Of a DNA stretch of 41,369 nucleotides, positions 1 to 8,272 are shown in pieces. The DNA is from Thermoplasmata archaeon (GTDB lineage: Archaea > Thermoplasmatota > E2 > UBA202 > JdFR-43), in assembly GCA_008297865.1 (NCBI GenBank), contig VBQI01000010.1, forward strand, positions 1 to 41,369, read 5' to 3'. The notes below the pieces were generated by a model. It worked only from the letters and a program-made list of their open reading frames with translations. It did not search any database and was not told the DNA's origin. Both the position numbers and the translations under genes were made by a program. Each line of letters opens with the position of its first letter. The first letter of the stretch is position 1.

Positions 1-1
1 A

Positions 2-1225
2 TCAAATGGAGAATTTTTATGGGAAGGGAGCAGGGAGGCTGCACCTGGAACGCTGGAAGCAGATTTTATTTGGCTCCCTGAAAATCCAACAAGAGCAGAT
101 GTTGTGCACTTCTATGATAAATCCACCAAGGGAGTTACCTTATGGCACTGGGATTTTGGAGACGGTTCAACAAGCACTCTGCAGAATCCAAAACATAAAT
201 ATGAAAATATCGGGAAGTATAATGTTACCTTACAAGTAACTAAAGGAGGAATGACAGCCACAATAACAAAAGAAATAGAGGTATCAAATGCCCTTCCCTA
301 TGCAGAGATCAGTTATAGCCCACTTAATCCTATCGAAGGACAGGAAATAACATTTGATGCTTCTTCAAGTTATGATCCAGATGGTTCTATAGTCAATTAT
401 ACATGGAATTTTGGAGATGGAAATACTGCATATGGTAAAATAGTAAGTCATGTGTATAGCGAAGATGGTAACTATACTTTAACACTGACACTTAAAGATA
501 ATGATGGGGGAGAGACAGAAATCAACTATCTTATCATAGTTAATCCTACTGGAGAAAATATTCCTCCTGTAGCCCATTTTGAATTGAAAGAAAGGGCAGG
601 AAAAGGAGAGAAGGTGAAAGCAAACGCAAGCCAAAGCCACGATGAAGACGGAACCATAAAACGATATAAATGGGACTGGGATGGAGATGGAATAATAGAT
701 AATCAATATAGTATTCCACAAGCCGAGCATATATGGTATGAAGAAGGAGAGTACAAGGTAACTTTGATAGTCGAAGACGATAAAGGGTATCAAAGTACTT
801 ATACAAAAACAATAAAGATAGGAGGCATACCTGAACTAATTATTGAAGCCCCCTCTGAAATAACTCTTCAAAAGGGAAAAGAGAAGGAATTTACCATCAA
901 AGTTATATGTCATAACAAATCCCTTTACAACCTGAGCTTTTCTTTCACTGTAGGTGGAAAGAGCATATCTCTTTCTTCTCAGCCAAGCACTTTTGACATT
1001 TCATCGGGAGATGAAAAACAGATAAGGATAATAGCTAAAGCAAATGAGGAGGGAACAGTAAAAATACAGATAACTGGAAAAGACATTGAAAAAGGAATCA
1101 CAATTGAGAGCAATACAGAAGAAATTGCTTTCATTATCAAGCAATCTACACCATCATTTACTCTTATTGCATTCATAGTAGCCATCGGGCTATCAATGCT
1201 ACTCATGAAAACAAAGAGGAAATGA
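2..1225 (+). CDS. PKD-domain cell-surface protein, 5'-truncated by the window edge, with C-terminal PSF-TM-basic anchor
   Basis: Frame 2 is open from nt 2. The ORF-track start at 104 is a GTG inside a PKD repeat (ADFIWLPENPTRADVVHFYDKS...WHWDFGDGS). Further WNFGDG and WDWDGDG repeats follow, then an Ig-like region and the tail TPSFTLIAFIVAIGLSMLLMKTKRK. Confidence 0.85.
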   Translation, partial: SNGEFLWEGSREAAPGTLEADFIWLPENPTRADVVHFYDKSTKGVTLWHWDFGDGSTSTLQNPKHKYENIGKYNVTLQVTKGGMTATITKEIEVSNALPYAEISYSPLNPIEGQEITFDASSSYDPDGSIVNYTWNFGDGNTAYGKIVSHVYSEDGNYTLTLTLKDNDGGETEINYLIIVNPTGENIPPVAHFELKERAGKGEKVKANASQSHDEDGTIKRYKWDWDGDGIIDNQYSIPQAEHIWYEEGEYKVTLIVEDDKGYQSTYTKTIKIGGIPELIIEAPSEITLQKGKEKEFTIKVICHNKSLYNLSFSFTVGGKSISLSSQPSTFDISSGDEKQIRIIAKANEEGTVKIQITGKDIEKGITIESNTEEIAFIIKQSTPSFTLIAFIVAIGLSMLLMKTKRK

Positions 1226-1953
1226 TTATTGATGCAATCAGGCTAATAGTCGGCGGCACGATACTTTCATATGCTTCCTATACTGATTGTAAATACAGGG
1301 AGGCGAGCAATAAGCTATGGATTATTATGGCATGTATAGGTATTCCACTTCTATTTTTTTACTCAGATTCCCTTACCGTCGCTCTCTCTATAATAATTTC
1401 CTTTTTGCTGGGCTTCATACTATATCTTTTTGGGATGGGTGGAGCAGATACAAAAGCCATCTGGGCGATTGCAATCCTTTCCCCACTATCTCCTCAAAAT
1501 TTTTTTCCATTAGCCGAATTTCCTGTAGGAAATTTTCCTGCATTTCTCATCAACATTTTTCCATTGACCGTGCTGGTTAACTCTTTGCTCCTTATCCTTC
1601 CTCTTCCTCTGATTTTCTTTTTTTATAATTTATGGAAAAAACATATTGAATTTCCTTACTGCTTTTTTGGATATAAAATAAAAGGCTATGAAGCAGAAAA
1701 GAAGTTTGTATGGGCCATGGAAAAAAACGGGAAGAAAAGCATTACACCAAAAAAAGATGTTGATTTCTCAAGGTATGGAAATAGAGAAATATGGGTTACC
1801 CCAAAACTCCCATTCTTGCTGTTCATATGCGTTGGCTATATATCTTCATTCATCTTTGGAAGCTATTTTTTTGCGCTTTTATCCTTTCTATTTTCCAAAC
1901 TTTTTTCAATTTCCTCTACTCTCTTCTTCATACTTTCAATTAGCCTTTTCTGA
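1222..1953 (+). CDS. flaK: A24-family aspartic membrane peptidase, FlaK/ArlK-like pre-archaellin (type IV prepilin-like) peptidase
   Basis: Polytopic membrane protein. It has an early Asp (SYTDCKYRE), a GMGGADTKAIWAI motif (GxGD-type second catalytic Asp) and a C-terminal REIWVTPKLPFLL block like the methanogen FlaK I recall. Its start overlaps the upstream PKD gene stop as ATGA (1222-1225). Confidence 0.75.
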   Translation: MIIDAIRLIVGGTILSYASYTDCKYREASNKLWIIMACIGIPLLFFYSDSLTVALSIIISFLLGFILYLFGMGGADTKAIWAIAILSPLSPQNFFPLAEFPVGNFPAFLINIFPLTVLVNSLLLILPLPLIFFFYNLWKKHIEFPYCFFGYKIKGYEAEKKFVWAMEKNGKKSITPKKDVDFSRYGNREIWVTPKLPFLLFICVGYISSFIFGSYFFALLSFLFSKLFSISSTLFFILSISLF

Positions 1954-2495
1954 CTAAGTATTACATTTCTTATTGATTGTTTTAGTTCAGTTGTTGCAGA
2001 GTCAATTATTACTCCAACCAGTCGGCGGTGCCTATTTATTGCTTTCACGAGCCTCATATATTCTTGTGCTGTTTCTTCTCCCATTTCTTTCTTCAGCTCT
2101 TCATACATTTTTTTTGCTTCCTGTTCTCTCTCAAAAATATCTTCTATTTTCATCAACAAAGTTTCTTTTGTAAACGGTTTAACAATATAATTCTCAATTT
2201 TATCAATTGGTTTGTCTCTAGTATCTTCTGGAGTCAATGGGAGGGCAGTTAGCATTGATACAGGAATATGCTTTAGTTCTTCATCTTCTTTCAATCTTTT
2301 TAATGTTTCCCATCCATCCATTTTAGGCATGAGGATATCTAAGAGTATCAGATCCGGTTTTTCTTTTTTAGCTATTTCTATGCAACTTTCTCCATCGTGT
2401 GCAGAAATCACCGTATACTTTTCCTCAAGCATTCTTTTAACAACCTCCACAATTTCTGGTTCGTCGTCTACAACCAATATTTTCTTCTTCATCAT
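1863..2495 (-). CDS. Orphan response regulator: CheY-like receiver domain plus helical Lys/Glu-rich C-terminal extension
   Basis: Receiver motifs KILVVDDEP, LILLDILMPKMDG (acceptor Asp), SMLTA and YIVKPF. The C-terminal ~85 aa look coiled-coil-like with no recognisable output domain. The start overlaps the upstream ATPase stop (2492-2495). Confidence 0.85.
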   Translation of the reverse strand: MMKKKILVVDDEPEIVEVVKRMLEEKYTVISAHDGESCIEIAKKEKPDLILLDILMPKMDGWETLKRLKEDEELKHIPVSMLTALPLTPEDTRDKPIDKIENYIVKPFTKETLLMKIEDIFEREQEAKKMYEELKKEMGEETAQEYMRLVKAINRHRRLVGVIIDSATTELKQSIRNVILSQKRLIESMKKRVEEIEKSLENRKDKSAKK

Positions 2496-3145
2496 AATGC
2501 CTCCTGAAGTTTTATTAACACTTCCCTTATTGTGCTTGAAGATTCAATTATATCCTTTACAAGCTGTTTTCCAAAAGGCTGAAAATCTTCTCCTCCTCCT
2601 GCCTCTATTCTCTTTCTCAACATTTCCATAAGAACATCTACTGAAGGCATTTCAAGATATACTTTTTCAATATCTCTCCCTTTGAGATATTTTTTAACTT
2701 CTTCCACCATTTCAACAGATGCAAAAACAACAGATAAATGCAATTCCGTTTCGTCTAATTTACTGACAATGTATTTGAAAATATTTTCATCCTTTATATG
2801 TTCAACCTCATCTATTAAAAGAAGTATGGGTCTCTCACTATACTTTTTCCTCAAAAAAATCCTTGAGAAGAAAGATGCCTGCAATTTCTTCTCAACTTTT
2901 TCTTTAAACTCCTCAAATTTTAATTCCTCTCCACCATGAAAGTAAATTGAATCTACTTTATACAGTGGAGCAAATTCATTGATCCACAACAGAAAAGTTG
3001 TTTTTCCTATGCCAGTTTTCCCAAGGATCCAGAAGCATTCGCTTTTACTGCCTAATGCTTTTAAAATTATCTTTCTTGCTTCTTCCTTGTATACCATAAA
3101 ATTTGGATTTGGCTCGTTAGGATTTAAAAATATTTCTTCAACCAT
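2492..3145 (-). CDS. Small AAA+ ATPase, Orc1/Cdc6-like base plus lid, no winged-helix domain
   Basis: Walker A GKTGIGKTT and Walker B LLLIDEVEH. The N-terminal segment (NPNFMVYKEEARKIILKAL) and the lid-like C-terminus (STIREVLIKLQEA) resemble Orc1/Cdc6. The protein is only 217 aa. Confidence 0.7.
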   Translation of the reverse strand: MVEEIFLNPNEPNPNFMVYKEEARKIILKALGSKSECFWILGKTGIGKTTFLLWINEFAPLYKVDSIYFHGGEELKFEEFKEKVEKKLQASFFSRIFLRKKYSERPILLLIDEVEHIKDENIFKYIVSKLDETELHLSVVFASVEMVEEVKKYLKGRDIEKVYLEMPSVDVLMEMLRKRIEAGGGEDFQPFGKQLVKDIIESSSTIREVLIKLQEAL

Positions 3146-3208
3146 TTGAGAATAAATGTTTTTCCCTATATATTTCTTTCACTTTTTCCCCGCTCCAAGC
3201 ATTTATAA

Positions 3209-3610
3209 ATGAAGAAACAATCCAAATTGATGTATAAATTGCCTACTGAGGAAGAAATCAGAGGAGCTATATATGGGGCAATGAAAAAGAAAAAGAGTTT
3301 TCCCTCTCTTACCAGTTTGAGAGAGGAAGTTCTGAAAGAATTAAAAAAATTAGATGCAAGTTATACAGTCAGCCTTAAAAGAACTCGTATACTGGCTGCT
3401 CGTTCTGGATTTATCAGGGTGGAGGTAAAAAAGAAGCATACAAATAAAAAAATTGAGAATTGTCCAGTTTGCGGTGGGAAGCTTGAGAAGATAAGAAATA
3501 TATCGTTACTTGGAGAAAAAATTGTTATCGGATATGTATGCAAATCATGTCGTTATAAAAGCAAAGTAAATGAATTGCCCCTAAGGTATTCCTTCCATTT
3601 CAGTAGATAA
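3209..3610 (+). CDS. Hypothetical basic protein with C-terminal CPxCG...CxxC zinc ribbon
   Basis: Intact 133-aa ORF with CPVCGG and CKSC pairs 28 residues apart. It is divergent from the ATPase-regulator operon. No family recognised. Confidence 0.55.
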   Translation: MKKQSKLMYKLPTEEEIRGAIYGAMKKKKSFPSLTSLREEVLKELKKLDASYTVSLKRTRILAARSGFIRVEVKKKHTNKKIENCPVCGGKLEKIRNISLLGEKIVIGYVCKSCRYKSKVNELPLRYSFHFSR

Positions 3611-3616
3611 AAATTA

Positions 3617-3624
3617 TTTATATA
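3617..3624 (+). promoter_or_regulatory. Archaeal TATA box for tRNA-Leu
   Basis: TTTATATA is centred about 24 nt upstream of the tRNA 5' end (3644) and preceded by an A-rich BRE-like stretch. Confidence 0.5.
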
Positions 3625-3643
3625 TTAACCTATTTTCCAATGT

Positions 3644-3756
3644 GCAGGGGTAGCCAAGCCAGGCCAACGGCGCAGGACTTAAGATCTAGCCATATAAGGG
3701 TTCGATGAGATATCCTGTCTCGAAGGAGTGCGTGGGTTCGAATCCCACCCCCTGCA
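3644..3756 (+). tRNA. tRNA-Leu(UAA) with a 28-nt intron at the canonical 37/38 position
   Basis: Acceptor GCAGGGG/CCCCTGC with discriminator A. Anticodon stem CAGGA(3673-3677)/TCCTG(3713-3717) and loop CUUAAG|A, anticodon TAA at 3680-3682. Long variable arm (3718-3731) and T arm GTGGG-TTCGAAT-CCCAC. Intron 3684-3711 lies in a bulge-helix-bulge. No CCA is encoded. Confidence 0.93.
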
Positions 3757-3785
3757 TACCTTTTTATAGAAAAAATATTTTCTGT

Positions 3786-4436
3786 ATGATGAATGTGCTT
3801 GAAGATTTAAAAAAAGGAATTATTGTTGAAATTAACGATGTAAAGCAGGCAATAAGTGTTGACAAATGTGCTCATGCAATCTTTATAGGAAATTTTGATT
3901 TAGATCTTATTGAAGAAACAATTGATGCTGTTTCAGTACCAGTAATTGCAAGTTGTCGTATAGGACATTTTGTAGAGGCAAAAATACTTGAAAAATTAGG
4001 AGTACATGTTATTGATGAAAGCAACCCTAATAATATAAAGCACATTAAAAAGAAGGAATTCTCCACTCCATTTATGTGTAAAGTGCAAACAATAGATGAT
4101 GCGTTTCTACGTATAGAAGAGGGAGCGGTTATACTTAGAACAGAATGGGGATATATTGACGAAGTAATATGGCTTATAAATGAAGGAAAAGAGAAAGGAA
4201 TAAATGCAATGATATTCTGTCCGCTAAAAATGGCAACCCCAGCAGATGTAGCGTTCCTCTTTCAAATTGGAGGAGATGCTATCATTGTTTCTTCCCAAAT
4301 TTTCCGTTCCCCAAATCCTCCGAAACTTCTGGACAGTCTTGTAAATGCATCTCGATATTACAATGAAATAGACAAGATCGCAGATTTAACTAAACAAGCT
4401 AATAAAATATTACCTGCTGAATCGAAACAAATATAA
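3786..4436 (+). CDS. Truncated PdxS (PLP synthase lyase subunit)-like protein lacking the catalytic lysines
   Basis: Collinear with PdxS blocks: GIIVEIN, VSVPVIASCRIGHFVEAKILEKLGVHVIDES, PFMC, RIEEGAVILRTE, ATPADVAF, QIFRSPNP. It is only 216 aa. The start was moved to ATG 3786 because the ORF-track start (3705) lies inside the tRNA. Confidence 0.7.
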   Translation: MMNVLEDLKKGIIVEINDVKQAISVDKCAHAIFIGNFDLDLIEETIDAVSVPVIASCRIGHFVEAKILEKLGVHVIDESNPNNIKHIKKKEFSTPFMCKVQTIDDAFLRIEEGAVILRTEWGYIDEVIWLINEGKEKGINAMIFCPLKMATPADVAFLFQIGGDAIIVSSQIFRSPNPPKLLDSLVNASRYYNEIDKIADLTKQANKILPAESKQI

Positions 4437-4470
4437 AAGTCTTTTTCTTTATAATTTTGGAGGCAATAAA

Positions 4471-7400
4471 ATGAGGCGATATAAATCAAAGCTAATAGGC
4501 GTTGTTTTAGTGTTGGTATTATCTGGAATGATGGTAGGGATGACAGCCAACCAAAGCGAAATTAAAACCACATATTCTTCCGTGCCAACAGAAGAAAAGA
4601 TAACTGTAACTCCCGATACTAATAATGGAGATGATAATGATAAAGTAGAAGCATACTTACTCGATCATTATAGAAGAATTGATACAGAAGAGCCGGCTAC
4701 ACTGACTATGGACAGCGAAGAAAATGACGCAGGCTATAATATAGATGTTGGAAATGATGCAAGAAAAGCACTCCCAATATATCCAGGAGAAATAAAAGAT
4801 GGGGCTCCGGGAAGAGGAACTACAGGTCAACTTGATCCAACAGGAAGAGATACAGATGATTGGTACTATTTCTCTGTCTGCGAAGGACAGAAAATAAAGA
4901 TTACGTTAACTCCTCAGTCAAATTTTGATTTAGAGCTTTTGGATAGTTCTGCAAGCAATGTAGTTGCTTCATCAACCAATCCAGGAACATCACCAGAAAC
5001 AGTTGAATATACTGCAGATTCAACAGGCAGATGGTTCATGCACATTTATGCAGGAGATGGTGCAACAGCAGGTGAATACAGTTTCGATGTTAGAATAGAT
5101 GGACAGAATGATGCTAACTCAGGAAAGGATGCAGGTAATTCAATGGCTTCTGCAATGCATATAACCCTGGGACAATATTTCGGTTATATGGATGCCAACG
5201 ATTGGGAAGACTGGTATAGTTTCGATGTTAACGCAGGACAAGGAATAAAAATTATTTTAGAATGCCCTGATAAGACTGATTATGATATACATCTGTATAA
5301 TCCTTCTGGAGAATGGGTATACAGTGCTCAATACTATGGAGATGATACACTTGAATACCCTGCAGATGTAACAGGTGAGTGGTACATAAAACTGGATATA
5401 TTCCCGGGATGGGATACAAGCAAATGGCCAGAAGATTATTTCCTTTATGGGTCAGGAGCCTATGAATTTGAACTGATTGTTGGAGAATCTGTCACACCGC
5501 CACCTGGTCCAGTTCCACAGCCAGATATTACACCTGTTGCGCAAACATTCATTATCAATAATGATGATAATAGCAATAAGGATGAGTATGCATATATTGC
5601 AGCTATACCCGCAGCAAACTATATTGAAGGTGGTAAGAGATATGTTTCCCCAATAGTATACCAAGGTGTTGATAAAATAACCAACTGGTTTGGAACAGTT
5701 GATGACACTACACAATATTTATTGGATGACTGGAATACGTATCTTGCAAGACACGGAGTTAATGCTACAGAATATATTTTGCCAAATGATCCTATAAAAG
5801 CATCAGCCCAAATTGCAACAACGAAATGGACATCTTCAAGCACTGCGGTTTTGGTGGTTGATGGAAGCGAGTTTGAAGATGAAATAGAAACAATCGTAGA
5901 CCAAGATGCGACACTCAATATTCAACAAAAGGTTACAAGTTTGACACCAGATAGCCCCAAATTTAAAGATGTTGGAGGAGTTCTTGGAGTCCCCATGTTT
6001 ATTGGTCCAAAATGGGGCGCAATCCATCTTATTGCTAAAGGAAGTGGTTTTAGAGGAGATACAGGAGTAATAACTCCAAGATATGAGGCTATAATGGAAG
6101 ATTGGTGGCCTTATCCATATGACTTCCCAGGTCCAGATTCTGACACATTCTTCCCAATAGTACTTCCAGGGCTTTGGGTTCCGTATGTGACAAATCCATC
6201 TGGCTTAGAGGAACTACAAATTATAAAGTATACTGGAGACAGATATAAGATACCCATCTCTGACACTAATTGTAGTATAAAAGTTACGATTACAACAGAT
6301 GAACCAACAAATCTTGTTGTATATCTTATTGATCCATATGGTAATGTAAGGAGACCATCTGTTCCTCACTGGAATGGAGGGGAGATAAAACCAATTCACC
6401 AGTGGATGGGTGGGCACTGGGAGCATGACTATGATAACTATCGTAGATGGATAATAGAACCACATACAGAATTTACAGTCGAAGTTCATTATCCAATGAA
6501 AGGCAAGTGGACAGCTATTGTTGTTCCATTTTATGGAGAAGAAAGTGGCTCTGTAAACTATCATATTACTGCAGAGGTAAGACATCATAATCCAAAGAGA
6601 GTGGCAGCTGGCCTATCTGCAGCAAATGGTGCAGTTATTGCGTCATTAAAACATGCACCATTGCTCTATGTAAAAGAAGACTCGATTCCATCTGAAACAT
6701 CAGATGCTCTTTCAAAGCTTGGTGTTTCAAATATAATATTTGTGAACATAGGCCATGTCAGCAGTGCAAGTCCTCCAGGAAGTGTCACTGAATATACTAC
6801 CATGCAGGAAGTAGTGGATGCAATTAAGGAAGATGCAAACTCAGAGAATTTCATTACTATCACATCATTCGCAACTGGAGAGGGCTATTTTGCTCCCGCA
6901 GCAATGGCAGCAGCTTATCACGGCTCTCCAGTTCTCAGCATAGGAGAAGCAGCAGAAGCATATGACATACTCGACAAATTAATGACATGGCGTGAATATG
7001 GTGGAGATTATTATCATGGATGCCGATCGCTTGGACATTTGCCACATATGCACAAGGAATTCAATTTCATAGAATTTCTGAAAGATTTGATACAGAATCA
7101 GAGTTTGCCATCTCCAGGATTTGATTTGAAGAAGAGATGGTATTCAGCAGTTCATGATGGCATATATGAAAAGATTACGGCAAAATATGGTCTCGACTTG
7201 GAAGGACAGGAAGCATATCTTTTTGTATCACCTCGTGATAAAGACATAAGAGACCCAATAGGCAGGTGTATGACAGGAAATGAATCATATGCAGGACAGA
7301 TTCCTGTAGAAACACCTGCATTTTCGTCTGCTTTAATTTGCAGAAACATACTGTATCCAGCAATTATATTTGCTAATCCAGGAAGGAATGTTACAACTTC

Positions 7401-8187
7401 TCAGCTCATGAATTTCCCAGATGGGGGAACTTGGAGAACAAACGATGGAAAGAGCTATCAAGTGTATTCTTCTCGTACATTGAAGCAGGCATTTAGTTCG
7501 CATGGAAGATTTTATGAAGGACACTGCATATGGGATAATCTGCTTAAGAGATATAATGAAGGAGTAAGTTTAAGTTATTACTCGGGCCACGGAACAGGAG
7601 GCTCTGGTATATCTGCTCAATATAAGAATGTCGCTGAGCAGTTCCCACTTGCAGAAGTAAGACATGAGCACTTAAAAGACTTTGACTGGTGGGATGCATG
7701 GCGTGGCTACATGTATGATGACAAGCAGACAAAAACAGCAAGATGGGGCGGATTCTGCTGGTATAATGCAAAAGAACCAAATCTATATGATATCATACAC
7801 TTCAAGTGGGTCGATCAACTGCTTGAAAATCTACATAGCGAAGTAGAGCTATGGATGTCATGTACAACTGCAGCTCACTTTGGACCAATGATATATTTGG
7901 AGCATGGCGCAGTCTTGTATTATGGAAATGCAGGAACAGGACTTTGTCCACAAGAAGATTTGCTTGATGACTGGTGGATATGGGACTTCGTGGTCAAAGG
8001 TGAACCAATTGGACAGGCATTTTCTAAGTATGTATGGCTTCATCAGCGTGACTACACTACCGATGACCCGACAGCCATGTATGGAAGTTCTTCCATGTCA
8101 GTAACAAATGTACAGTGCATATTTGGAGACCCAACATTGATTCTTTACAGCCCAGAATGGGTAGAGCCTGAACCGGTAATGCCATAA
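4471..8187 (+). CDS. Large secreted multidomain protein: signal anchor, two pre-peptidase C-terminal (PPC)-like domains, Pro-rich linker, C-terminal clan-CD (C25 gingipain-like) cysteine peptidase-like domain
   Basis: GGAGG lies 7 nt before the ATG, and the N-terminus has a TM/signal segment. PPC-like blocks are DDWYYFSV...GQKIKITL...YSFDVRI and DWEDWYSFDVNAGQGIKIIL...YEFELIV. The linker is PPPGPVPQP. YYSGHGTGG (His1040, nt 7588-7590) and ELWMSCTTAAHF (Cys1131, nt 7861-7863) resemble the gingipain His/Cys dyad context. Confidence 0.55.
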   Translation: MRRYKSKLIGVVLVLVLSGMMVGMTANQSEIKTTYSSVPTEEKITVTPDTNNGDDNDKVEAYLLDHYRRIDTEEPATLTMDSEENDAGYNIDVGNDARKALPIYPGEIKDGAPGRGTTGQLDPTGRDTDDWYYFSVCEGQKIKITLTPQSNFDLELLDSSASNVVASSTNPGTSPETVEYTADSTGRWFMHIYAGDGATAGEYSFDVRIDGQNDANSGKDAGNSMASAMHITLGQYFGYMDANDWEDWYSFDVNAGQGIKIILECPDKTDYDIHLYNPSGEWVYSAQYYGDDTLEYPADVTGEWYIKLDIFPGWDTSKWPEDYFLYGSGAYEFELIVGESVTPPPGPVPQPDITPVAQTFIINNDDNSNKDEYAYIAAIPAANYIEGGKRYVSPIVYQGVDKITNWFGTVDDTTQYLLDDWNTYLARHGVNATEYILPNDPIKASAQIATTKWTSSSTAVLVVDGSEFEDEIETIVDQDATLNIQQKVTSLTPDSPKFKDVGGVLGVPMFIGPKWGAIHLIAKGSGFRGDTGVITPRYEAIMEDWWPYPYDFPGPDSDTFFPIVLPGLWVPYVTNPSGLEELQIIKYTGDRYKIPISDTNCSIKVTITTDEPTNLVVYLIDPYGNVRRPSVPHWNGGEIKPIHQWMGGHWEHDYDNYRRWIIEPHTEFTVEVHYPMKGKWTAIVVPFYGEESGSVNYHITAEVRHHNPKRVAAGLSAANGAVIASLKHAPLLYVKEDSIPSETSDALSKLGVSNIIFVNIGHVSSASPPGSVTEYTTMQEVVDAIKEDANSENFITITSFATGEGYFAPAAMAAAYHGSPVLSIGEAAEAYDILDKLMTWREYGGDYYHGCRSLGHLPHMHKEFNFIEFLKDLIQNQSLPSPGFDLKKRWYSAVHDGIYEKITAKYGLDLEGQEAYLFVSPRDKDIRDPIGRCMTGNESYAGQIPVETPAFSSALICRNILYPAIIFANPGRNVTTSQLMNFPDGGTWRTNDGKSYQVYSSRTLKQAFSSHGRFYEGHCIWDNLLKRYNEGVSLSYYSGHGTGGSGISAQYKNVAEQFPLAEVRHEHLKDFDWWDAWRGYMYDDKQTKTARWGGFCWYNAKEPNLYDIIHFKWVDQLLENLHSEVELWMSCTTAAHFGPMIYLEHGAVLYYGNAGTGLCPQEDLLDDWWIWDFVVKGEPIGQAFSKYVWLHQRDYTTDDPTAMYGSSSMSVTNVQCIFGDPTLILYSPEWVEPEPVMP

Positions 8188-8196
8188 ACTTACCCC

Positions 8197-8219
8197 TCTT
8201 TTTTCTTTTTAAATTTTTT
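8197..8219 (+). terminator. Oligo-T archaeal terminator after the large protease gene
   Basis: T6, T5 and T6 runs lie within 25 nt, starting 10 nt after the stop codon. Confidence 0.4.
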
Positions 8220-8272
8220 AATGAATCAAATAATGAATCAAAAAAATGAAATAAAGATGTAATATTATTCTT

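Noticed and set aside
2492-3208. Replication origin next to the Orc1/Cdc6-like ATPase
   Set aside because: The flanking intergenic region is only 63 nt with no repeated ORB-like elements, and the ATPase lacks the winged-helix domain.
3697-3741. GGGTTCGA occurs both in the tRNA intron (3697-3704) and in the T arm (3734-3741)
   Set aside because: An 8-nt identity is within chance expectation. The intron copy is already explained as one strand of the inner BHB stem.
3705-3785. N-terminal 27 codons of ORF-track CDS 3705-4436
   Set aside because: This part lies inside the tRNA-Leu intron, variable arm and T arm. The PdxS-like homology begins only at the MMNVLEDLKKG start (3786).
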